DNA from: Candidatus Aldehydirespiratoraceae bacterium
Lineage (GTDB): Bacteria > Actinomycetota > Acidimicrobiia > Acidimicrobiales > Aldehydirespiratoraceae
NCBI GenBank assembly: GCA_965221585.1
Contig: OZ244898.1
Span: 810,527 to 874,526 of the forward strand
Reading direction: 5' to 3'
DNA length: 64,000 bases
The position numbers were made by a program, and so were the translations under genes. This document shows, one piece after another, positions 37,661 through 46,370 of this stretch. Under the pieces are notes generated by a model that worked only from the letters and a program-made list of their open reading frames with translations, did not search any database and had not been told where the DNA came from. Numbering within the stretch: the stretch's first letter is position 1; every line of letters starts with the position of its first letter.

Positions 37661-38422
37661 TCAGGCGACGCGTGTGTAGTCGAAGCTGTCCTTGACAGAT
37701 CGAAGCAGCCACTCGTGGTCGTCGTCGGCGATCACGTCGAGCATGCTGCGTCCGTCGTAGGCCTCGGCTCTGCGGCGAACAACCACTGCCGGCATTCCGT
37801 CTCGCAGTCGGTAGCTGAGGATGTCAGCGATCTCTGCCAGTACGCCGATCTTGGTGATGCGATCAACGGGCGGTCCTGCGAGCAGCCACTTCTCGACCGC
37901 CTGGCGCTTCACGCCCATCAGGTCTGCGATGTCGTTGCTCGACAGGTCCAGCGTCGTCATGGCACGACGCAACGGAGAGGCGCTGTGTTGCTCGTGCTCA
38001 ACTGCCGTCATCACCTTGTGGAGCCACGAGAAGTGATGCTCGTCAATATCTGGGCGCACCTTCACGCACTGTTGAGGCAATCCGCCGGCGACCCCTCTCA
38101 GCCGGTCGACGAACACTGTGAGTGCTCCCCGTCCGTCGTGGGACGGCGCGACCCAAAGCACCTCGCGCCAACTGTGTAGTAGCAGTTCATACATAACGGC
38201 TGGTGCGGGCAACTCCTCGGGGTAGCGGGCGGGGAGACTGGTCAGCGTGCGTGCGGCTTCGTCGGCGAACACGAAGTAGCGCCGAACCGTCGTACGATCC
38301 GTTCCAGAGGCGAGCCGTGGGACAAGATGATCGAGCGCGGCCACGACATCGGGAAGCAACTCGCAGGCAACTGCTGACCCCGCCTCAAGGTCCCCCTCCA
38401 GCAGATCTTCGATCGTGTCCAC
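37661..38422 (-). CDS. Xre-family antitoxin with a C-terminal MbcA/ParS (DUF2384) toxin-binding domain and an extra N-terminal region of about 110 aa
   Basis: HTH SSNDIADLMGVKRQAVEKWLL, then RRRAEAYDGRSMLDVIADDDHEWLLRSVKDSFDY. Confidence 0.75.
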   Translation of the reverse strand: MDTIEDLLEGDLEAGSAVACELLPDVVAALDHLVPRLASGTDRTTVRRYFVFADEAARTLTSLPARYPEELPAPAVMYELLLHSWREVLWVAPSHDGRGALTVFVDRLRGVAGGLPQQCVKVRPDIDEHHFSWLHKVMTAVEHEQHSASPLRRAMTTLDLSSNDIADLMGVKRQAVEKWLLAGPPVDRITKIGVLAEIADILSYRLRDGMPAVVVRRRAEAYDGRSMLDVIADDDHEWLLRSVKDSFDYTRVA

Positions 38423-38461
38423 ACCAACAACCTACTGCAACCAATCAGCAACCACAATAGG

Positions 38462-40012
38462 TTACCTACTCGACGGGGGTTCGTAGCCGTCCTGAAGTAG
38501 GCGCTTGAGGACCTTGCCGGCGGGGTTGCGGGGGAGCGACTCGAGCAGTTCGATGCCCTCTGGGATGGCCTGGGTCCGAAGCCCGGCGTCACCGAGGAAG
38601 TCGGCGACGCCGGCAAGCGTGGGCTCGGCCCCCTCAGCGGGCACGATCGCCGCAACCACGCGCTCACCGGTGCGATCATCGGGGATCCCGAACACCGCGA
38701 CGTCAGCCACATCGGGCCAGGTGAACAGCAGGTCCTCGACCTCCTTGGCCGAGATGTTCTCGCCGTGGCGGATGATGATGTCCTTGAGGCGACCGGTGAT
38801 CGTCACAAAGCCCTCGTTGTCGATGATGCCGAGGTCGCCGGTGCGGAAGTAGCCGTCGCTGTCGAACGCCTCAGCATCGAGGGTTGCGTCGACGTAGCCG
38901 AGCATCACCTGGGGACCCTTGACGCGGAGTTCTCCCTCAATGCCGGGCCCACACCGGCTGCCGTCAGCGGCGACCGCGATCAGGTCGACGCCGGGCAGGG
39001 CACGACCCTCAGAGTTGGCGATCTTGTCGTCGGGGTCGTTGACATCACCGTTGGTGAGCACCGGAGTTTCCGTCAGCCCCCAGCCCGAGCAGATGCCCAC
39101 GCCGCCGAGTTCGTCGACCACCCTGCGATGGAGCGCAGGCGGGATCGGCGCGCCCCCACCGGGGCAGACCTTCAAGCTCGGGAACAGCGGGCCCAGCCCG
39201 GCCTCCGACCGACGCTGTTGCGCGGCCAGGTACATGAGGTAGAACGGCGTGCCGGTCCCGGCGTGCGTGCAATCATTCTCGGACAGAAACTCGACCGTGG
39301 CGACAGGGTCCACCGTCTCGTCGAGCAGATGCGTACACCCGGTCTGCAGCGCCATGAACAACAGCCCGATCCCGCCGATGTGCGGAAACGGGAACGTCAA
39401 CGAGTAACGATCGCCGGCCCGCACGTCGAGGCGCTCACTCATGGCCAGTGGGAACGCACCCACCGTCCTGTCAGTGTGGCGAGCCCCCTTCGGGTCCGCC
39501 GTAGTACCCGAGGTATACGTCAACCACCGAACGTCGCCTGCTTCTGGGACAACTGCCTCGCCCAGCGTCGTAGCGTCGCTGGAAGGAAAAGAGCCTGGCG
39601 CGACCACCAGCGTGTCGAGGCCGTCAACCTCAGCGGCAACCCGCTCGGCCATGGCAGCGAAGTCGTAGCCCCCGAACTCCGCAGGGGTTATCAGCAGTTC
39701 GGTGCCCGCCTGGCGACAACAGAACCCCACCTCGCGGTCCCGGTAGATCGCGATAATCGGATTCTGCACGGCATCGAGTCGAGACAGCGCGCCCGCCAGC
39801 ACGACCGTGTCAACCCAAGTCGGCAGAATCCAAGACACAACGCTGCCGGACCGAACCCCAAGCTCCTGAAGACCAGCGGCCATCTCCTCGACACGATCGC
39901 GGTACTCCTCGTAGGTGCAGCGGTCACCCTGTCGCGACAACAGCATCGTGTGCTGAGGCCAGGTCTTCGCGGCGTGGTCGATCAGCTCGACGAGCGTCTC
40001 CGGTGGTGTCAT
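38462..40012 (-). CDS. AMP-dependent synthetase/ligase (acyl-CoA synthetase)
   Basis: LTYTSGTTADPKG, GWGLTE, FRTGDLGIIDNEGFVTITGRLKD and PRNPAGKVLKR. Confidence 0.85.
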   Translation of the reverse strand: MTPPETLVELIDHAAKTWPQHTMLLSRQGDRCTYEEYRDRVEEMAAGLQELGVRSGSVVSWILPTWVDTVVLAGALSRLDAVQNPIIAIYRDREVGFCCRQAGTELLITPAEFGGYDFAAMAERVAAEVDGLDTLVVAPGSFPSSDATTLGEAVVPEAGDVRWLTYTSGTTADPKGARHTDRTVGAFPLAMSERLDVRAGDRYSLTFPFPHIGGIGLLFMALQTGCTHLLDETVDPVATVEFLSENDCTHAGTGTPFYLMYLAAQQRRSEAGLGPLFPSLKVCPGGGAPIPPALHRRVVDELGGVGICSGWGLTETPVLTNGDVNDPDDKIANSEGRALPGVDLIAVAADGSRCGPGIEGELRVKGPQVMLGYVDATLDAEAFDSDGYFRTGDLGIIDNEGFVTITGRLKDIIIRHGENISAKEVEDLLFTWPDVADVAVFGIPDDRTGERVVAAIVPAEGAEPTLAGVADFLGDAGLRTQAIPEGIELLESLPRNPAGKVLKRLLQDGYEPPSSR

Positions 40013-40680
40013 GGTCCTTCCTCCTTGTCGACAAGAGCGCCGTTCTCGCGGAGTTGTTCGACGACGAGTTTCCCCTGCTCAGAGAGCATCGCGCCGTAGT
40101 GGCCGGTGGCTGCGTCGGCCCGCCCCGCCTCAAGCGAATCGGCGACCAGGGGGAGCTGGCGCCGGGCGATCGCGGCGGCTCCCACGACCTCCACGAAGAA
40201 GTTGCCAGGCACCAGCCCGACCAGGCCTCGGGCGACCGCGTCGAAACGAGGCGAGCCACCGAGCGTGTGGAGCCGTCGGCGAGCCGACAACACCCGATCG
40301 AAGAGCGAGTCGTTGTCGGGCGCATCCGCCGCCCACCGAAGATCGGCAATCAGCATGTCCAGTTCACGCCCGCGCTCGATCGCCTTGGCGATCGCAAAGC
40401 CGTCGACGCGGGCATAGAGCTCGTAGAGGTCGCTCACCGCCTCGGCTGTGAGCGGCTCCACGAACGCTCCCCGATGCGGCGTCATCGAGATCACGCCGGC
40501 GTGCGCCAGCGCGATGAGCGCCTCGCGCACCGGGATGCGGCTCACACCGAACCGTTGCGCCAGATCGTCCTGGTTCAGCCGCGCGCCGGCAGTGAGATCG
40601 CCGGTCCAGACCAGCCGCCGAACCTCCTCAGCGACCCGGTCGCTCGTCGATACGCGCTCTATCGGCAAGGTCTCGGTCAC
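40009..40680 (-). CDS. GntR family transcriptional regulator (FadR/FCD subfamily)
   Basis: The N-terminal wHTH GARLNQDDLAQRFGVSRIPVREAL is followed by an all-helical FCD-like C-terminus. There are 4-nt overlaps with both neighbours. Confidence 0.85.
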   Translation of the reverse strand: MTETLPIERVSTSDRVAEEVRRLVWTGDLTAGARLNQDDLAQRFGVSRIPVREALIALAHAGVISMTPHRGAFVEPLTAEAVSDLYELYARVDGFAIAKAIERGRELDMLIADLRWAADAPDNDSLFDRVLSARRRLHTLGGSPRFDAVARGLVGLVPGNFFVEVVGAAAIARRQLPLVADSLEAGRADAATGHYGAMLSEQGKLVVEQLRENGALVDKEEGP

Positions 40681-41948
40681 GACGGTGTCTCCATGTCCGC
40701 GAAACGGTCCACCAGCGCCGCCAAGGCGTCGGCGCAGGTGCGCGCTCCGGCGGGTGGATCGGGCAGGCGCACCGGACCGTGCTCGCGGCTCGGTAACAGG
40801 ACGGTGGCATGGCCGGGGCAGGTGGTCTCCCCACGCTGGTTCTCACCCCAGATTTCAACCTCGACTGCCGGACGGCCACCTTCGGCCAGGTACTTGCGGG
40901 TGACTCGACCACGCAACCAGTGGGTGTCGCCGACATAGTTGAACTTGCGGAACTCGACATCGAGCTTCCAGAGCCATGCGTCGTCGCCCATCCAGTCGGT
41001 ACAGAGATGGATCAGCCATGCCTCTCGCATCCGCCCGTAGTCGTAGACGGCCGGGCTGCCCGCCCGCTGCGCCCACGCAGGATCCCAGTGGACCCGTTGG
41101 TGCACGTCTGGGATGTTCAGCTCGTCGTTGCGGAAGAAGCCGGGAATCCGTGCCCGCTGCTGATGAGCGAGGTTCAGCGCCTTGACGCCGTAGAGCCCCA
41201 TGCCGACGCCGGTGTGCCACACGACGATGTCGGTGACACGCAGCGGTCCCTTGACGAGCGGGCCGAGTTCGTCACCGTCGGCGACATCCTCCCAGGTCCG
41301 CAGCTCGGCGCCTCGACGCCGGGCGGCCGCCGCCGCAACATCTGCAGCGATTCCTGCAATCTGATCGTCGGTGTAGGGCTTGATCTCGACATCGAAGTTC
41401 TTCCCTTCGTCGCCCTTGCGCTCCACCTTCTTCCGATCAGTCCGCACCATGAGGCGGTACTGTGCCGACAGCAGGCGGTCCGGCGCCCCGAAGACCTCTG
41501 CCGACCACTCATGCACGGCGCGGTCGGCGAACTCGCTCTGCTTGTCGTGCACCCCAACAAGGGCATTGCGGCGCGTGACCGCAGTACCCGGCCGCAACGG
41601 CGCCCACCACTCGCGGAAACTGCCCGAATAGTAGGCGTGAGCACCCTTGAGCGGATCCCCCTTCAGCAGCGCCTTGGTGTCGGGATCAAGCGATGTGACC
41701 TCGTTCTCGCCGATCATCGTGTCGCCGCCGTTCAGGTGCGGCGGCGCGATCGGGCCACCCCAAACCGTTGCCGAGGCGTAGCCGGGATCGCACCACAGCG
41801 GGTTGTCGTCACCGTAGGCCTCCGCGACATGACGGAATGCGTCGGTAGCCGGTTCGCGGTACCAGGGAGGCTGAGGATGGGGATGAGCGATCCCGATACG
41901 CGCTCGGAGGCGGGCGATCGCCGCGTCGGTGAGCGCGGCCTCGCTCAT
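40677..41948 (-). CDS. double hot-dog (FAS1-like N-terminal + MaoC-like) acyl dehydratase
   Basis: The N-terminus FRHVAEAYGDDNPLWCDPGYA is typical of MaoC_dehydrat_N. The C-terminal half, with VYDYGRMREAWL...GDTHWLRGRV, is hot-dog-like. Confidence 0.65.
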   Translation of the reverse strand: MSEAALTDAAIARLRARIGIAHPHPQPPWYREPATDAFRHVAEAYGDDNPLWCDPGYASATVWGGPIAPPHLNGGDTMIGENEVTSLDPDTKALLKGDPLKGAHAYYSGSFREWWAPLRPGTAVTRRNALVGVHDKQSEFADRAVHEWSAEVFGAPDRLLSAQYRLMVRTDRKKVERKGDEGKNFDVEIKPYTDDQIAGIAADVAAAAARRRGAELRTWEDVADGDELGPLVKGPLRVTDIVVWHTGVGMGLYGVKALNLAHQQRARIPGFFRNDELNIPDVHQRVHWDPAWAQRAGSPAVYDYGRMREAWLIHLCTDWMGDDAWLWKLDVEFRKFNYVGDTHWLRGRVTRKYLAEGGRPAVEVEIWGENQRGETTCPGHATVLLPSREHGPVRLPDPPAGARTCADALAALVDRFADMETPS

Positions 41949-43213
41949 CGGATCTGCACCGGGCGTTCGGTCAGGTCGAACTCGCGGAGCCCGCCTCCAT
42001 CAGTCATTCTCGAGAGCCAGTGCGGTTCGGCGGGCTCGGTGTCGGGGTCGATGCGCAGCTCCCATCGCCTGTCGTCGGTCTGTGAAACGACACTGCGAGG
42101 GTTGACGGCCTCGGCGGTGAAGCGGAAGCCGTCGAGCCAGTCCATCGGACTGCGACAGACACCGTCGTCGAGGCCCGGTCCCCCGTGGAACTCGATGGCC
42201 CCCGACACCTCGTCGTGGACCTCGACTCGGTAGTCGACGTACTCCTCGACCAGGAACGGGTCGAGCTGCAACATCTTGGCGACGGCTGACATGTCGTCGC
42301 CCTCGATCGCGAGCGCCCCCCGTAACCGGTTGACCACAGCAGGCATGATCGCCGCCCGGTGCTGGGGTGCCGCCTCGTCGAGCAGGTCGGTGCTGAAGTT
42401 CTCGTCGACCGAGAAGTAGGCGGCGCGCATAAGCAGGTGGTTGTCGAGAGCGAACTCCTTGGCCTGGCGCACCAGCACCGGGTGCGCCAGATCCTCCAGA
42501 CGGAAATCAGGCCTGAAATCGCCGGAATAGTCGTCCATCCCGCCGTCCTCGCCGGTGTCGCCGAGCGTCAGTTCGAGCTGGGCGGCCTTCGACGCGGAGA
42601 CGACGGCGAGGCTCGGTTCGCCGGGCCTCGCACCGGGCTCGTCGGCCACGACCCGGATCTCCCAGCGACAGTGATCGCCGGTGAACTCGTCAGGTTTCGG
42701 CGGGCGGTGCAGCGGAATCGCCCGCAGCCTCGGATTGGTGACTCCCAGGGTCGCATCGAAGGTGCGGTCCTCCATGTGATGGCACATGTTGGTGACCAGG
42801 TGAGGATCGTTCTTGGAGACCTGGCGGAGATAGTCGTGGGCGCCGCAGAAGGGCAGCCAGAAGTAACCCAGGTCGTGGTCGACGTACTCGAACTGGAAGT
42901 CGAGAAAGTGATGCGGTGCGCCGACGTCGAACTGGAAGCTCTTGAGGGCCGCGTCGACCCCGTCGCCGGTGATGCAGAGGTTGGCCTTGTTGCGCGCCGT
43001 GTAGACGGGGCTCGACCCCATCCACTCGGAGTCGGCCTGACGGATAGTCGCCTCCTGCCCCACGGCCATTGCGATATGGGGCATCAGCGCCCGGTCGTGG
43101 AACATCGACACGATCATCCGCTCGCGGCAGAGCCTCGCCAGCGCCGAGCGAGAGAGACGATCGAGGCTCCAGTCCTCCTCGAACGGGCCTGAGTAGTCGT
43201 CGGTCACGGTCAT
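41945..43213 (-). CDS. uncharacterised protein built from two homologous halves of about 210 aa
   Basis: Trimmed to the ATG at 43213, which has the SD gggagga upstream. The halves align by eye (DDYSGPFEEDWSLDRLSRSALARL / DDYSGDFRPDFRLEDLAHPVLVRQ; ITGDGVDAALKSFQFDVG..FLDFQFEYVDHD / IEGDDMSAVAKMLQLDP.FLVEEYVDYRVEVHDE). Confidence 0.6.
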   Translation of the reverse strand: MTVTDDYSGPFEEDWSLDRLSRSALARLCRERMIVSMFHDRALMPHIAMAVGQEATIRQADSEWMGSSPVYTARNKANLCITGDGVDAALKSFQFDVGAPHHFLDFQFEYVDHDLGYFWLPFCGAHDYLRQVSKNDPHLVTNMCHHMEDRTFDATLGVTNPRLRAIPLHRPPKPDEFTGDHCRWEIRVVADEPGARPGEPSLAVVSASKAAQLELTLGDTGEDGGMDDYSGDFRPDFRLEDLAHPVLVRQAKEFALDNHLLMRAAYFSVDENFSTDLLDEAAPQHRAAIMPAVVNRLRGALAIEGDDMSAVAKMLQLDPFLVEEYVDYRVEVHDEVSGAIEFHGGPGLDDGVCRSPMDWLDGFRFTAEAVNPRSVVSQTDDRRWELRIDPDTEPAEPHWLSRMTDGGGLREFDLTERPVQIR

Positions 43214-43253
43214 GTGTCCTCCCGGTCGTTGGTCAAGGTCATGTTGGTGACGG

Positions 43254-44015
43254 TCATGTCGGGTCCTCCCAGTCGACTCGGTCGTCGCGGTTCGGTTGGC
43301 GGCCGGTGCGCCACGGGCACAGCGGGGCCGCGGCCAGAAGAATGCGCTGCCAGTCGGTCGCCAAGCGGCGCATCTCGCTACGCCAGGCGAGCACGCCACG
43401 GTCGGCTGTCTGGGCGGCCTCACCGGCTGCCCATGCCTCATAGCCGTCGGGCAGCGCCCACAGCAACACGATCTCGTCCTCGTCGCGCATCGCCGTCCAC
43501 CAGGCCCCGCCGAGACGCCAACCGAACGGCTCGTAGGCCGCGACGGCCTGCGAGCGAACCACCTCGAGCGCTTGCGGCGCGGTACCCGGAGCCACCTTGA
43601 TGATCTCATGTGTGCATACCTCGGCCCGCAGCCCAGAGGCGAGCGACTCCCTGATCGTTGGACTCCACGGCGCCGGCAGCAGCACCCGGTCGAACCCGCC
43701 ACGGCGGAACTCGGCCGCTTCTTGCCACCACCGCTCGAGTTTCGGATCCTGTAGTCCCTCGCCGACGTTCTCGCCAGTCAATGACCGGGCGAGGCCGTCC
43801 AACCCGGGCTCCTCCCAGATGTTGCACACCTGCGGCCAGCGCCCCGTGGTTCCCACCACAGCCCAGATGCCGAAGCACAACTGGTCGCGGTCCTCCTGGG
43901 CCATCGGCGACCAGTTGGCCGCCATGTGGTGCATGTAGTTGGCCCGATTGGCTCCCCGGATGTCGATGAACTCGTGGATGTAGGCGCGGTCGTTGGTCGC
44001 TTCGGATGGGTTCAT
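43254..44015 (-). CDS. two-domain NIPSNAP-like (dimeric alpha+beta barrel) protein
   Basis: Two repeats with the pattern ...FGIWAVVGTTGRWPQVCNIWEE / ...GGAWWTAMRDEDEIVLLWAL. The assignment is by resemblance only. Confidence 0.45.
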   Translation of the reverse strand: MNPSEATNDRAYIHEFIDIRGANRANYMHHMAANWSPMAQEDRDQLCFGIWAVVGTTGRWPQVCNIWEEPGLDGLARSLTGENVGEGLQDPKLERWWQEAAEFRRGGFDRVLLPAPWSPTIRESLASGLRAEVCTHEIIKVAPGTAPQALEVVRSQAVAAYEPFGWRLGGAWWTAMRDEDEIVLLWALPDGYEAWAAGEAAQTADRGVLAWRSEMRRLATDWQRILLAAAPLCPWRTGRQPNRDDRVDWEDPT

Positions 44016-44677
44016 GCGACCTCCAGTGCTGCCCAGAGCTGGCGTTTCAGCTGCCGGAGGTGCTCGAGCGGATACGTCGCGATCTTCTCGGCCAGGAACT
44101 GGGCCCGCTCACGCAGCGCCTCGGGCTCGACGATCTCGGAGAGGATCCCGAGCTGCCGTGCACGCTCAACGCTCAGCCGTTCACGGTTGCCGGTGAAGGC
44201 CATGCGGAGAATCGACTCGGCGGGACTCTTCTTCAGCATGGCGATCGTCTCGAACGCACTCACTTGCCCGACCGACACATGCGGGTCGAGGAAACTCGCT
44301 TCGGTGGAAGCGACAACTATGTCGGCGTCGGCGACGAAGTGCAGCCCCGCACCTGCGCAAACGCCATTGACCGCGGCGATGACCGGCTTGGTGACGCCGC
44401 AGTGCCAGGCTGTGAGGCGCAACTCGGCGTTGCGCGTCTGACGCGAACTGGCCCGCAACGCGTCCGGGTTACGGGCCAGTTGCACGACATCGAGGCCCGA
44501 CTGGAAGGCGCGGCCGTTGCCTGTGTTGACGATCACCGAGACTGCGTCGTCCGCTTCGAACTCGTTCCAGGCCGACTCGAGGTCGACGAACATCTCGGCG
44601 TCGATGGCGTTACCGGCGTCGGGCCGGTCGAAGATCAACCAGCCGATTCTGCCATCGCGGCGCAGCTCAAGCGTCAC
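44012..44677 (-). CDS. enoyl-CoA hydratase/isomerase family protein
   Basis: WLIFDRPDAGNAID, GNGRAFQSGLD and AAVNGVCAGAGLHF. Confidence 0.8.
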   Translation of the reverse strand: MTLELRRDGRIGWLIFDRPDAGNAIDAEMFVDLESAWNEFEADDAVSVIVNTGNGRAFQSGLDVVQLARNPDALRASSRQTRNAELRLTAWHCGVTKPVIAAVNGVCAGAGLHFVADADIVVASTEASFLDPHVSVGQVSAFETIAMLKKSPAESILRMAFTGNRERLSVERARQLGILSEIVEPEALRERAQFLAEKIATYPLEHLRQLKRQLWAALEVA

Positions 44678-45066
44678 GGTGCCGCCTCCTCAAGGATCTC
44701 CCAGACGTTGCCCTCGGGGTCGGCGATCAGCGCGAACGCTGCGCTAGGCCGATGGTGAGTCACCTCGGTGAGCACCGTGGCTCCTTGGTCGGTCGCCGCG
44801 GCGACGACCGCTGCCGCGTCCTCGACAAGCAGTGCCGCGTAACGGAATCCGGCTACGGCGTTCCACAGTTCGGACATGTCGGCGGCGACCGGATCGGCCG
44901 GTTCGAAGATCTTGAGTCGCGCCGCGCCATTGCTGAGCCGCCGCAACCTGCCCTGCGGGAACTCGAGAACCCGGTCAACGGTGAACCCCAAGGCTGCAAC
45001 GTAGAACTCGGCGAGTACCGCGCCGTTAGCGGTCACGATCCCGACTTCCAGGCCGACCGCAGTCAT
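44674..45066 (-). CDS. VOC (glyoxalase/bleomycin-resistance/dioxygenase) family protein
   Basis: 130-aa beta-alpha-beta-beta-beta type sequence with FYVAALGF and DPEGNVWE endings. Confidence 0.7.
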   Translation of the reverse strand: MTAVGLEVGIVTANGAVLAEFYVAALGFTVDRVLEFPQGRLRRLSNGAARLKIFEPADPVAADMSELWNAVAGFRYAALLVEDAAAVVAAATDQGATVLTEVTHHRPSAAFALIADPEGNVWEILEEAAP

Positions 45067-46370
45067 GCCAGTTCCTCACTGAGACGGCGCCGCAGCACCT
45101 TGCCGGCCTCAGACCGGGGCAGGGCGTCGATGCGCCGGTAGGCGACCGGCGCCTTGTACGCCGTCAGATGGGCGCGCGCCGCGGCGTCGAGTTCGGCGTC
45201 GCTGGCATCGCCCACCACCGCAGCGACAGGCACCTCGCCGAGCCGGTCGTCGGGCGCTGCGAACACCGCTACCTCGCGAACGCCGGCGACGGTTGCCAGC
45301 ACCTCCTCGACCTCGTCGGGAAAGATCTTGTTGCCACCGCGGTTGATGAGGTCGCTGCGGCGACCTTCGATCCACACGAACCCGGCGTCGTCAACACGGG
45401 CCAGGTCGCCTGTTCGCACGAAACCGTCGGTGGTCATGCGGTCCTCAGCGAGGCCGACGGCGGTTCTGGGAGGCCGCACCAGCAGCTCGCCGACCCCGTT
45501 GGCGTCAGGCTCGGCGATCCGGATGTCGACGCCCGCGTGCGCCCGTCCGGCCGCACCGATGCGCTCGGGATGCGTCTTGGCGTCTGCTGCAGTCCAACCG
45601 ATCACCTCGCCGATCTCGGCTTGGCCGTAGCCGTTCAACACGAACGCCCCGAAGCGTTCGCTGAACCGGTTCGCCTGGAACGGCGACAGCGGTGCCGTGA
45701 TCGAGCGCACGTAGCGCAGCGGCGTGAGCGACTCGATGGACGGGTCGTCGTTCAGCATCGCGATCGCGGCCGGCGGAAGCACCGTCGAGCGGATCTGGTG
45801 CCGCCCGACGAGCGTGGCAAAGTCGGCTGTGATGAACCGGTCCATCAACACCAGCGGCGCCCCCGCCCGCAGACCGAACAGGGCGTTGTAGATCCCCGCG
45901 TTGAGCGTCATCGACACCGGTATCAGGTTGGGAGTGGGCCGACGAGAGGAGTCGGCAGGTTTCGCCCTCAACGGAGCCAACACCCGATCGATCAGCTCAA
46001 AATATGCCTCGTGCGTGTGCATGATCGGCTTGGGCTCTCCTGTCGTGCCGCTCGTCCAGAGCACGAACGCCGCGCCGCTCTCAGCAACCTCGGGCGTCCG
46101 GGCTTTTGCCTTGTCGATCGCGGCGTCGGGCTGGCGGGGATTGATGGGAACGTAGACCGCTCCCGCCTGCCAGCAGCCGAACATTGCCACCAGTGCATCG
46201 AACCCGTCAGCGACCACCTGAACGGGATGTCCTGAGCGATCGTTGATCGACGCTGCGAAGACCTTGACCCGTTCGATCACCTCAGCCTTCGTGAACGACG
46301 CGTCCAGCGTGTGAACAAGCGCGTCGTCGGGAGCGGCGGGATGCTTATCGAGCAGGTCGTAGAGGTTCAC
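45063..46370 (-). CDS. AMP-dependent synthetase/ligase (short form)
   Basis: Trimmed to the GTG at 46370, which overlaps the upstream stop (GTGA). LWTSGTTGEPKP, GYGQAE and RTGDLARVDDAGFVWIEGRRSD. Confidence 0.8.
   Translation of the reverse strand: MNLYDLLDKHPAAPDDALVHTLDASFTKAEVIERVKVFAASINDRSGHPVQVVADGFDALVAMFGCWQAGAVYVPINPRQPDAAIDKAKARTPEVAESGAAFVLWTSGTTGEPKPIMHTHEAYFELIDRVLAPLRAKPADSSRRPTPNLIPVSMTLNAGIYNALFGLRAGAPLVLMDRFITADFATLVGRHQIRSTVLPPAAIAMLNDDPSIESLTPLRYVRSITAPLSPFQANRFSERFGAFVLNGYGQAEIGEVIGWTAADAKTHPERIGAAGRAHAGVDIRIAEPDANGVGELLVRPPRTAVGLAEDRMTTDGFVRTGDLARVDDAGFVWIEGRRSDLINRGGNKIFPDEVEEVLATVAGVREVAVFAAPDDRLGEVPVAAVVGDASDAELDAAARAHLTAYKAPVAYRRIDALPRSEAGKVLRRRLSEELA

Noticed and set aside
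41945-43702. Full 585-aa reading of the ORF (and the similar long N-terminal extensions of 261-1859, 14016-15260, 23286-25109, 25015-25584, 29741-31483 and 58627-59868)
   Set aside because: The extensions are Arg/Pro/Cys/Ser-rich, overlap the neighbouring gene, and precede an internal ATG or GTG with a good SD or a stop/start overlap. The starts were trimmed accordingly.
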